Source: Nemertoderma westbladi
Taxonomy: Eukaryota; Animalia; Xenacoelomorpha
Assembly (NCBI GenBank): GCA_032718475.1
Contig: JAUCBJ010008580.1
Span: 15,958-79,957, forward strand
DNA length: 64,000 nt
Direction of reading: 5' to 3'
The notes below the pieces were generated by a model. That model was not told where the DNA came from. It saw only the letters and a program-made list of their open reading frames with translations, and ran no database searches. Shown piece after piece: positions 47,383-58,239 of this stretch (its first letter is position 1; each line of letters begins with the position of its first letter). Both the position numbers and the translations under genes were made by a program.

Positions 47383-50300
47383 ATGGAGAAGATGTATAAA
47401 GAGTTACGTCAAGGGTTTACGCAAGAACAGGAGCACCAGGCGCCATTTAATCGTTATGGAGCTAAAAACTTTAGTGTGTTTGGAGTGGAGAGTATGGCTA
47501 GGAGTACAGCCAAGCTCGCTAAATCCAAGGCGGACCCGAATGTTACGCGACAGCGGTTGGACGCATACAACAAAAGAACGGAGGAATTACGCGCGGAATA
47601 CAATGCGTTATATCCCTACGATGCGTTATGCGACGCTAGCGACATTTGCGAGGATCCAGACACCGAAATACGCCGATTGTATCATACGCTGCAATATTTG
47701 ACGGTAAACGAACCTTTACCTGCAGCTAGAGACGAATTTGAAGGAATGCATCTTTATAGACGCGCTCGAGGAGCGGATCCAGAGACCAAGGATGCGTTTT
47801 CCGTATATAAACTGTTCTATAAATGCGGAGCGTGTATGCGCGAGCAAGACAACGCGATTCCTATGCGGTTGAACTCGGAGAACCCCGAGCCGATATTAGC
47901 GCGATGTTCACACCACCAAAGTCTACGTTATCAAGAAGGCGGATACCCTTTGACAAACCCGTATCATTCGTTTAAGATGAGTGGACCAAACGCGGGTGAA
48001 ATTGTTATTTACGAACCAAAATTAGTCGAACCAGACGTCTACAGTATGGTAGTGGACGAGTCTAATAAGTCGACACAAGAGAAACGGGAAGCTTTGAGCC
48101 TCTACAGGGCGTACAAGGCGTACGAGAAAGGCGAGATCGAGGAGTTCGGCGGAAGGCTTGCGAGCCTACCATTCTATTGGATATCCCACGATCAAACCGA
48201 ACCCAAGGAGATGACACCCGAGCTCTTCGATAGTATCACCTTTGCTCAGCGTTTGTCGCAGAGACTACAGATACCTCACGTTGAGATGACGCGAGAACCT
48301 CAGCCCCATTCTACTGGAGCAATAGTACCGGTTGCGAGACCAACTAGTTTTCCTATTAGTATACCGACCCGGAAGGAGACAACTTACGAGATCCCTATAG
48401 TTGAACACCCGGAGATCATCTCGAACCTGGATTTCCTCCCATCGGTCACCTTCGGTGATGTGTTAGAATCAACCGAGTTGCGTAAAGTAATAGTTCAAAA
48501 AATCGTACGCAACGTGCCTCCACATATCACGGACTTTAAGGAAGTGGATCGCGCGGGGACGGATATCGCACCTTGTATCTTGCGAGGATATCTGACGAAA
48601 ACGATTCGATTATGGATCGGAGTTGGGACGTTTGAGACCGACACCGATATCGCGACCAATTGGACTGGTAAACCTATTAGTTTCGATGATGAAAAGTCGA
48701 TCGGGAGAATTTGGAACCCTACCGATGATTTACTCGACGATTGGGACGTGACTAGCCGATCTCTAAAAGAGAATGGATATATGTTTTACGATAATGAAGG
48801 AGGAAGCCATCAGCAAAGCCTCACTTCAAAGACGATACAGATTAGAGCACCAGATGGCGTGTTACATGTCTTCAGCCGACAGAGGAGTGATAGGAAGATG
48901 CCTATGCCGGAAGGAACGACGCAAAGACACGCGATGATAAAACGGATAGTTAAATCCATGGACCTGGCTTGTAGCATAGAAGCTAGGATGTTGCCAAAGG
49001 CCGTACGAGACGTTGTGTTGGATAAGAGCATCGTCAAGATCGGATCCGGTGTACGGGATGACCTCATTAGCGACTTTGCAGGGATGCCCACGGAAGAGGA
49101 CCGATTGCCTACGCCATACGTGGATACTAGACCATTGTTGCTTTGGGCTATTAAGCAAGGATACTTTAGAGAGTATAACACGCTAAAAACTGGGACGGGT
49201 TATATCTCATATCTGATGTTCAGTTGGGATTACAAGGAGAGTAAGAGGAACAAATACACGGACGTATACGGAGAGGGAGATACCCCCGGCGTAAACGAGT
49301 TCGAGTCACAGTTGAAGTGGCGAGGTTGCGTGTATTGGGCGATTACTTCACCTCCGCGGATAATCTTGCAATATTATTTAGCGATAGAATCTTCGGTTAA
49401 CGTTTGTTTCATCGCGGACGTAGTATCCAGAACCTTAAAGCGACACCCGTTATGTCTTGGCGAAGGACATACCTTTTACGATGGAGGAAGGACGCATACT
49501 GATGTATTCCGACGATTTCTCCAACCCTTTTATAACACCGATGCGCACTGCGAAGTTTTCACGCGAGCGGGACTTAGCGTTTTCAGGGACGTCTATCTCA
49601 CTCACGCGGGAAGTCTAGTCGACAGACCGTCGATGTTAACGTTAGTACCCTATGACGGGGAACGCCACGCGGAATTCGAACGCCCGGAAGGATCCTGGAA
49701 GGCTCGCGAGCCTACCGCCCATCATGACGATGTGGATCCGACCGAGTTGGCGCTAATAGACGAACCGTTACGGCAACTCATAGAAATAGAAGAGAACCTT
49801 CCAAGGAAGACGCGAACTGAGATACGCGAGTTAGAGAAAAGCGATGCCATGGTTTGTGTACAACCTACGGAGACGAACATACCGACTGACCCGGATGATG
49901 AGAATTATCACGTGGACGGTAGCGCTCGCCCCATCGGAGACCTCATCTATGAGCGAGTTTGGTATCCTGCCAACACTATTTGTGGCAGATGTGGAGCAAC
50001 TGGCCATCACGCAAAGAAGTGCGGAGCGAAGCACATATCTCTACCGGATTTAGTATGCAACTGGTGCGGGGATCAACGTTCGCACACTTTCTACACTTGC
50101 TGGCGTTTCGTGGCGCAGTGTACTTATTGTAATATTAAGGGCCATAGGGCATCGGAATGTCAACTTAGAGACGTCCCCTATGAGCACATGTCAGTTAAAA
50201 TCGTTCGACAATTATTCGACCATTGGGAGGACCTAGCAGACGAGCATGTATCGACGCAGCGACGCCGCTTCCCTATGAGAGCACATTTGGGATTTTGGGC

Positions 50301-51135
50301 CGTAAACCCTCTCATAATGTCAAAGGAAGGATATGTATCGGCTATGCCTCAGTACGATGAATTGTTGGAGGTATTGGATATATTGCCGTTGGACAGTGGA
50401 TTCAAGGTTGTGCGGGATTATTTCTTACAAGTGCACCCCGACAACAAGAATACTTGGAACTTTCAAACTGTGGTGAACAAGATTACCGCCGGAGAATTCG
50501 ATAAACTGCGAGTTGAACAGCGGAATCGAGGAGCCTGGCATTCGATAGCTTGGGCATACCGGAGCGCATTTTATCACAAACGCGTAACCTCGTGCATTCT
50601 GGACGAGACCGACGTTTTGCGTGAGACTGGCTTCAAGGCCACGCCGTTAGCGGAGAAGACGCGTCACCCACAGGATGATCAGCAATTTCGTATACTCAAA
50701 GCCCAAAAGGCCGGACAAGAGATTAAGAAGATAGTGAATGTCGCCGAGAGGACGACATCGAAGTCGCAAATCCGGATGACTCGGGGCACGGTTTCCCTTG
50801 CTAGAGAACCACGCGGAGGGACAGGATACGCTTTGACTGAACCCATTAGGATTCAAACGACGTCAGAGAGCGAGGTGTCAACGGACGGAACAGTCCTACC
50901 CTTTCGACTTCCTCCTAGCGTTGTAGAAACTCGATCCGATATTAAGTCGACAGTTGGAATCGGACGAGGATTTAGAGGATTGAGCGCACGACGGATGTGC
51001 GAAACCCCCGTCGTCCCCTTTCCTAGCGTTTTGGAACCACCGACAACTCGACGCCGAAGTCCGAGCCCTGTTCGACCTCGACCACCCCCCAATCGCACTA
51101 GAGGACGTGGACGAGCCCGCTCAGCGAAGGAATAG
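47383..51135 (+). CDS. Accessory ORF2 (1250 aa): putative DEDDy 3'-5' exonuclease-like domain, 3 CCHC zinc knuckles, Arg/Ser/Pro-rich tail
   Basis: ExoI MFYDNEG..KTIQIRAPDGVLHVF (48781); ExoII LPKAVRDVVLDKSIVKIGSGVRDDL (~48990-49065); YVDTRPL; ExoIII-like W..TSPP..LQYYLAIE (~49335-49390); knuckles CGRCGATGHHAKKC, CNWCGDQRSHTFYTC, CTYCNIKGHRASEC (49981-50160); no signal peptide or TM segment seen. Confidence 0.85.
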   Translation: MEKMYKELRQGFTQEQEHQAPFNRYGAKNFSVFGVESMARSTAKLAKSKADPNVTRQRLDAYNKRTEELRAEYNALYPYDALCDASDICEDPDTEIRRLYHTLQYLTVNEPLPAARDEFEGMHLYRRARGADPETKDAFSVYKLFYKCGACMREQDNAIPMRLNSENPEPILARCSHHQSLRYQEGGYPLTNPYHSFKMSGPNAGEIVIYEPKLVEPDVYSMVVDESNKSTQEKREALSLYRAYKAYEKGEIEEFGGRLASLPFYWISHDQTEPKEMTPELFDSITFAQRLSQRLQIPHVEMTREPQPHSTGAIVPVARPTSFPISIPTRKETTYEIPIVEHPEIISNLDFLPSVTFGDVLESTELRKVIVQKIVRNVPPHITDFKEVDRAGTDIAPCILRGYLTKTIRLWIGVGTFETDTDIATNWTGKPISFDDEKSIGRIWNPTDDLLDDWDVTSRSLKENGYMFYDNEGGSHQQSLTSKTIQIRAPDGVLHVFSRQRSDRKMPMPEGTTQRHAMIKRIVKSMDLACSIEARMLPKAVRDVVLDKSIVKIGSGVRDDLISDFAGMPTEEDRLPTPYVDTRPLLLWAIKQGYFREYNTLKTGTGYISYLMFSWDYKESKRNKYTDVYGEGDTPGVNEFESQLKWRGCVYWAITSPPRIILQYYLAIESSVNVCFIADVVSRTLKRHPLCLGEGHTFYDGGRTHTDVFRRFLQPFYNTDAHCEVFTRAGLSVFRDVYLTHAGSLVDRPSMLTLVPYDGERHAEFERPEGSWKAREPTAHHDDVDPTELALIDEPLRQLIEIEENLPRKTRTEIRELEKSDAMVCVQPTETNIPTDPDDENYHVDGSARPIGDLIYERVWYPANTICGRCGATGHHAKKCGAKHISLPDLVCNWCGDQRSHTFYTCWRFVAQCTYCNIKGHRASECQLRDVPYEHMSVKIVRQLFDHWEDLADEHVSTQRRRFPMRAHLGFWAVNPLIMSKEGYVSAMPQYDELLEVLDILPLDSGFKVVRDYFLQVHPDNKNTWNFQTVVNKITAGEFDKLRVEQRNRGAWHSIAWAYRSAFYHKRVTSCILDETDVLRETGFKATPLAEKTRHPQDDQQFRILKAQKAGQEIKKIVNVAERTTSKSQIRMTRGTVSLAREPRGGTGYALTEPIRIQTTSESEVSTDGTVLPFRLPPSVVETRSDIKSTVGIGRGFRGLSARRMCETPVVPFPSVLEPPTTRRRSPSPVRPRPPPNRTRGRGRARSAKE

Positions 51136-51169
51136 GAAGCGAGTGGAAGGAAGGCTTGCGAGCCTACCG

Positions 51170-51280
51170 ATTTGGATATTATATTTGGATATTATATTTG
51201 GATATTATATTTGGATGTTATATTTGGATATTTTATTTGGATATTTTATTTGGATATTTATATTGGACATTATGTTTGAA
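51170..51280 (+). repeat. 13-bp tandem repeat (TTTGGATATTATA), ~8 copies
   Basis: Directly visible in the 3' UTR of element C, between two hairpin motifs. Confidence 0.85.
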
Positions 51281-51782
51281 TGTTGGGTTTGGAGGAGCGA
51301 GATATGGAAAGGAAGGCTTGCGAGCCTACCGTTAGCAATTAGTGCTCAGGAGAAGATATCCAGACCAGCAGGACGAACTTTTAAGATCGTCAGGAGGACA
51401 TTATTGAAAATTATTAGCGCATTATGTTTATATTATATTTGGACTGATTTAATTTGGTGAAGGTTTATTATGTATATTTACAATATATAAAGATTTATCG
51501 AAAGAGTTGATTTATTTGTTTGATTTGTTTGAATTATTTGTTTTGATTTGTTTATTTGCTTATATTGATAACCGAAAGCCTTTTTTTGTATTTTAGGCAC
51601 TAAAGTTAATTCGTAAATTTGTATGTACGATCGATTGTATTTACGCCGTATCTGCAATATTAAGTATGCAATGATTAGATAGTGATTATATTTTATATTT
51701 TAGGCCCTACCAGTAAATTTAGAAATAGTTTGTAGATATTTTATATTTGATTGGTGAAAACAGTCTTACTTACTGTTTTCAT

Positions 51783-51789
51783 GGAGCGG
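51783..51789 (+). promoter_or_regulatory. Polypurine-like tract before the 3' LTR
   Basis: GGAGCGG|TG; element B has GGGAGCGG|TG at the same position. Confidence 0.7.
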
Positions 51790-54068
51790 TGATGAATTAT
51801 TTCACTATAAGGTAGCATTTGTAGTTTAACTTTAACGTAAAAACTTTTGAAAATCCGACGTATTTTGATTAAGTTACAGTAATGTAATATGCCTATTTAT
51901 ATTTGTACACATAAAACCCTTAGGTACTCTCGTGGCGTAGTGGTCAGATGGTTAAGGCGTTGGTTACATTACGTAGGTTACGAGTTCGAATCCCAGTCGG
52001 GAAATTTGTATTTTGGGGCAATTTATTTTCGTGTGGTGCTAATTGATAGGCCAATGAGAAGCGTACAGCGTAGCGAATAATGAGCCAGGCCAATCATAGG
52101 GCATAAATTACCTTATTGCTCAAATGTGAGGCAGTGGAAAATTCTGTTAGGATTCCATGTCCCAGATTAGTGTAAGGGCTGGACTGCGTTGAACGATGAG
52201 CTGGGCCAATCATAGGGCACGACGCACTTCATTGCTCAATTGTGAAGCTGTGGAAATTTCTGTTTAGTTTCCATGTGCAATTTCTAGTATAAAAGGCCGG
52301 TTTGCCTTCGGTTATGACTTCTACCCCCTTCGCTTCCAACGTTACTCTATCAGTTTACTTTTGTAAAATTAGTTAATTCGGTTTCTTGTTGAAACTTGTT
52401 TGATAAATCCTTTGTTAAAACTGTAAATATACTGCAATTTCCTGACATGTTTTCCTTTGGTCCGACTTCGGGACAGCCGAACACCAGGGAGATGGCAGCC
52501 TAGACCGTTAGGCCGTAAGCAACGCAGGGAAGGGATGTCCACAACACGCTAGCGCCCACATTGGATCGACCGCGCACCCCCTTTGCCCCCCTTCGAAATG
52601 CTCAACTTGCCATGCAGCGCCCGCTTTGTGAGAAAGGTAAGACTTTGTTCGACGCCCTTGCCCGCCGTAAGACCTATAGATCAGGGTAAGCGTGACACCG
52701 CACTGGACGCCGCAAATTTAGGATCAAATAATTATATCCAGACACCCCCCCCCCCCCCCTTCTTGTCAGTCCTACGAACCCCTGGGTTAACCTGTACTTC
52801 CTACAGGTGCGAACTATTGCCATTCGTCAGTACGCGAGTACACATTAGGCACGGACAGCATATGTTCCATAATTTAGTGAGTCGTAGCACTGACTGTTTG
52901 GTACCGGTTCGCTTTGTAGAACGTACATTAGTACCCCCCCCCCCCCCCTTGTCTGGAGTTAGCTATTTGATCAGGCAAGGAGTATTTCTGCTACCGGCAC
53001 ACTGCTTGGCCTAGGGAGGTTTATTAATATCCTACCGCGCCTTGCCACGTACTGATAGGTATTGCTGCTAACTACCGCAGCAACAAAGTTCTAGAATTAA
53101 ATTAGTATACCAGATCAGCTAACGTACGGTAGCGATTAACCCCTATTCTTATCTTACAACCAGAATCTGGTATTAGTGCCGATCACGGGTGTAGTTACTA
53201 ACACTGTGGTTGCCCATTGGGTTGTGGATAGGAAGGAGAGAGCTTTGACGTCATTCGTGAGTATAAAGTTCTACAAACGCGACTAGTTTATTTTAGTAGC
53301 TAGCGCACGGTATCATTTTAGTCAGAAAATCACTAAAACCTAGTAAAAGGAATTACCCGAAATTGTTTTATTTGTAACACACCCACACACACACGCCCTA
53401 AAACATATCGCCCTTAAAGTTCTACTAGCTATAGCGTACTATACATTACGTTAGGTGGAAATTATTTGTATTTGTACAATTAGGATCTGATTTGATTGCG
53501 GCAAGATAAGGAGTATTTCACTTTCGTTATTAAACTGTTGTTTGTCTGGACAACGGTATTGTTACATTTAGGCCTGACCCTTTAGACTGATTTCGTACAG
53601 GGGGATCAGTTATTGTTACATTTAGGTACGACCCCTTTTCGACTGATTTAGGACTGTCAGTGTTGTTACGCTAGGTCTGTTAACCCACTAGCTCGTATAT
53701 AACCCATATAAATCACACCGCGGCAAGTTACTGTATTTAGGACTGTCAGTGATAGTTAGGATTCGCTGCGCGGGGATTGTTTTCCCGTGAGTTTGGTCTG
53801 TTACGGTAACTGTACATCTGCCTCACCGGTTAGAGGACAGGTATCCTTCTGTCTAGTACGTAGGCATTAGACCCGCTCACGTACATAGAATAGATACAAG
53901 GCTCTGTTCCTCGCCAGTAGTCGTTTGTGTACTATATCTGTTTGTTTAGATATCCTGGACTGGGATTTGTTTTCAGATACTGTACAAGCCCGTATACATT
54001 ACTAGAGTCTCATAGTAAGATACATCGTTACTAGGATCTGGTAAGCGGTATACTACTGGACCCTTACA
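51790..54068 (+). repeat. 3' LTR of BEL C (2279 bp)
   Basis: Direct repeat of the 5' LTR; differs in two poly-C lengths and ~4 substitutions. Confidence 0.97.
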
Positions 54069-57000
54069 CGCCTCAATGTTAAATTCTCAATTTAGGGAAA
54101 GGAACAGGTTTCAGTGGCATGTTATTTTAACCAACACAATAAACTAAACACAATAGAACAGGTTACAGTTTTATATTTGAGAGTAATCATCTGTTATTTG
54201 CGTCCAATTTCTCCTGGAGGGGGATGCATTTTTATTGCGTCCAGTTTCCCCTCCTATCTGCGATTAGGACACAGTTTTTATTACATTATCGTGTTCTACA
54301 CTCTGTTCTATACGTGTTCTACAGTAGATTGTTTAGCAATTAAATAGCCTCGAGACGATGCTACATAAAATAATTACACTAATACACTTGCCACTAATAT
54401 TCTACTCAATTTCATTAACATTCAGAGGGGGGTGGGTTGCACTGAATTAAGACAAAAATATATCTTGCATTTTGTATATAATTTTTTGATATTTATGCTA
54501 CTGTAGCAACCATAGCTAGTGTTTTTTTGGGGGCTAGAGTTTTTTTTGAAAGACAGTGTTTTTTTTAACATTGTGTTTTTACTAGCAAATTAGTGAAGAA
54601 AGACAAAAGCAAATAAATAGTTGATAATTGGTTAATCTTGTGGAATGTTTATTGTTTATAATGTTTATCCAAAATAATAATGAGTACCTGTAACACTACA
54701 GTTCTATAATTTAGGCATTATTGTATATACATGACGCTGACGCAGTTTTAATTCTTTTACTGAAAATTCTCTCACTGTCTGGGAGGCTTTGGATCGATTA
54801 TTTACAAATATGAGAGAGTGCAACCACTGGTTCAGCCAAACCACCCAGGCAGCTCCGTAGCCCATCATTGTTCCAATTCTTCCGGTAGGCTAGCATTGCG
54901 GCTCTCCTAATTTGTTTCAAATTTGTTTCACTGGCATACATAGCATTGCAGGTAGGATACCATTACGTGGCTCCTAATATGTTTCAATTATGTTCTAATT
55001 TTGTTTCAACTAACAGAGACATACTAGTGGCAGTACTCCTTAGCTTGCATTATCACACGGGTAAAGTCTGAAAGTAGGCCTACCTATTTGGAAATTGCTA
55101 GACTCTGAAGGCATCTTTTTAGGGGGCCTACTTACGAAGAAACAGTGATAGACGTGTATTATTGCCCCAGGTTGATTTCTATTTGTCAGTTTAACTGACT
55201 AATTTGTAGAGAAGTGTTCCTTCTAAAAGTACCCACTGCTTCCCATGACTTCCAAAACCTTATTTTATAACACCCACAGCAATACGCAATAGTATGGCCT
55301 TCCATTTTGTACAGTAATCACTATATGATATAATATGATGTTGAAATATCATATCAAAGGATATTTTTAAAATGCATTTTTAGTTGATTGGAATGGAACA
55401 AAGTAATACATATTATATGGTATGGCAAATTATTATTTTAGCAATTAATTATTATATTATTTTTAAATAAATTATATTTCAGCCGATTGAAAATTATAGG
55501 TTATTATTATTAGGTTTACATCAATGTCTGGCAGGAATATTACGTAGGTCGCCTCACGGTTAACCAAATTATTGGTACTAACCTTATATATTTTGTACTC
55601 TCGCAACGTGACACCGTCAGACACAGCTAGAGTTTTACCGATGTCTAGAAATTGTTTACCATCATGGATGCAAGTTGCTGTTGTAAGAATGTGCATCGGA
55701 CTGAAGGAGAATAATGAGTTACTGTGAACGGTAAATAAGTAGGCTTAATGTATTAATTGTATTGATATTTCATTGGATCGTAAAGTTTAATTAATATACT
55801 GTATACTGTATAATATATCATATTATCTTGTTTCACAAATCGCATAATGTCTGCTAACTCGTATAGATCGTTTCGATTTGTAAAGTAAATTAAACTTTAT
55901 GGCCATTATAATAATATAAATTATCGATACCTATGTATATATATTTATTTGGAATGAATATGATATATTTAGGTTAGTTTAATTTTTTGTTAGTACAGTA
56001 CGACTCATTTGCATTTCTATCAGTTTGGCATGATCCCATTATTCATCCAAACCGAATATATTATCAATAACTATTTTTAAATTTATGTCAGCGTTTTTAT
56101 TGTTGCGTCGACTTTACTTATATTAGAAATATATACTCTATAGGCTTAGATTTTTTGCGTATAAATTATTATTTATAATCCTTGTTAACAGTAACCTACA
56201 AAGCAACGATATACGTATATTCTCTTATAATTTTCGGCTTAATTAAATCTGTTAGTTTTCAACCATTAAACCTTTTCCTTGACTATAATTTTGGATATTA
56301 TTATTAACCGGCAATTCAGTTAATATTATAGGCCTACAGTACATTATAATACTGTATACAAAGTCCGATATGGTGTTCTACCTCAGGAGATTTGAATTTG
56401 TATTAAAATCAAATTTAAGATATTCAACTTACGTGATTAATATCCCAGTGCATTTAGTTTGCGGTATGGAAACAATATTTGTGTATATTGGATTGTTGTT
56501 ATTAGTCAAATCATCACCACCCTTAGGTGGTTGCATGGCAGCATCAGTAAACATTATGGTTACAAATATAAACCAAAAAAATAACGCCATATTTATTAGG
56601 CCTATAATATTTCTGTATAATTATTACAGTTCTTGATATCCCAGTGGCAGATAACTTCTACTTTTCCACAAAGCAGTAGCTTGACCAGAAGCGGCCAATG
56701 TTTGAAAAAATTGAAAGATTTGAAAGATAAAACCTATTTTCTTGTATTAAGAAGAAAATAATTAAAGAAGATACAACGTCTCATTGGATAATAACTATTG
56801 CGAAACCGTATGTTATTGGCTTGCGAACTTCGATTGAAGTTTTTCAATTGACAAAATAGGCCTGCCTACATTGGTCCAATTATTTGGCCAGCTCTGATTG
56901 GACTTTTTCATGTTTTGTGATACAACCCACTATGGGTTGTATCTTAAGGGGGGTAATTCCTTTACCTTGGATAATTCTAAATTAGGAAAACATTAGGGAA

Positions 57001-58239
57001 ACATATGAAATAAAACACTGTAAAACACCCGGTTGGCACATAACAGTGAAAATATTGAACAGCAAGAAATTTAATACATGGACTACTCTAAGTCAACTTC
57101 TCGCAAAGTACCCCTTAAGTAATCACCTTAAAATAAAGAGAAAACACTATAAACCCTCCGGGAAAAAGTGAAAAAATAATCAGCATTGCATTTTATCTAT
57201 ATTATGCTGCTATAAAATAAATTGAAAGAATCTAATACTAAATAGAGAGCATTGTTGCCAGTCAACCATGAAACAGTAACCAATCAGCAGGCAGCTCGCA
57301 CTATCCTTGTTTTCATTTTTAATGGTCAGCCGATACTGACACATTAGCAGCCCGCATCACTTGCGGATGCATCATCGACCAATCTAAATAACCAACCATC
57401 CACTTCTAGAGGAATAGAAGTTTGGACTCCTCCTATTGGCTTGTTTACTTTGTTGGTGTAATACTCTAGTCTGTTGGGTTTTCATGAAAAATGTTAGACT
57501 AGACTATCTCAAGGTTTACTGTATGCAGTGCTTCCCCAACTGCGGTTGGGTGTGTTCCCTGTGTTGGCCTTTTGAGTTACTGCTATTAATCTGGTAAATT
57601 GTTTTAAGGGGGGGGGGGGGGGGGGGGGGTGTTTTCGTACCCAAAAGTCGAATATTTGAAACATATGCTATCTAATGCAGAATTTCATGCTGAATCAAAA
57701 CATTGAAACCGTTTTCCCATATCTTGCTTAGTGTTCAAGATACCTGGGGTAGAATATACTGGCTCTGATATATCGCAATATCGGTAAAGGCGATGAAGTT
57801 TGGGGTTTGCATTCAATTTCTTGAAATTTATGTGCTCATTGGTGCCAATTGGATGTCTCCACGAGAAAGGGCACAAAATTTAATTGATAAGGTATTTTTT
57901 ATGATTATTGGACCTACTAGTCAGTTGTAAGACAACTTCAAGTCTCCGGAACAATGATGGGATTCTATTTAGCGACTCTGCGGGATTACACATAATCTCC
58001 AGGTCTAGTGGTTGTACAAAGTTCATTTTAGGCTCATTCGAAAGCGCTTTTCTCCCAGAACAAAGTTACAATTTGATTTAAGATAAAATGTCTGTGATGT
58101 AACATTAATTTGGGTAAAACCGGCCAGCTTAACCGGCGGTACAGCCAGCTTACAAGAGTTTGCCAAACCAAATAGTATCTTTGTTCTCTGAGAAAAGATC
58201 TTTCGAATGAGCCTAAAATGAACTTCGTATGATCACTAG

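Larger units (their letters stand above)
38529..51330 (+). repeat. Dispersed 20-nt hairpin motif GGAAGGCTTGCGAGCCTACC, 12 copies
   Basis: Starts at 38529, 39578, 39671, 42205, 42283, 42361, 45058, 47002, 48151, 49697, 51149, 51311. Confidence 0.92.
34625..54068 (+). mobile_element. Full-length young BEL/Pao LTR retrotransposon C (19,444 bp) with an accessory ORF
   Basis: LTRs 34625-36897 and 51790-54068 nearly identical; TSD CGCCT (34620-34624 and 54069-54073); PPT GGAGCGG; intact gag-pol and second ORF. Confidence 0.97.

Noticed and set aside
47383-51135. env gene
   Set aside because: No signal peptide, transmembrane anchor or glycoprotein-like Cys pattern; nuclease and knuckle motifs instead
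38529-51330. CRISPR-like array interpretation of the repeated 20-nt hairpin
   Set aside because: Irregular spacing over 13 kb, embedded in ORFs, eukaryotic retrotransposon context, no cas genes
34557-54256. Small MITE (ACTGGACGCAA / TTGCGTCCAGT inverted ends) as the target of element C
   Set aside because: Plausible, but the inverted match is short and no TSD could be fixed
54300-57900. Host gene exons or a DNA transposon in the AT-rich stretch
   Set aside because: Only short ORFs with no recognisable motifs; TTAA-GGGG ends at ~56944 and ~57604 could not be paired
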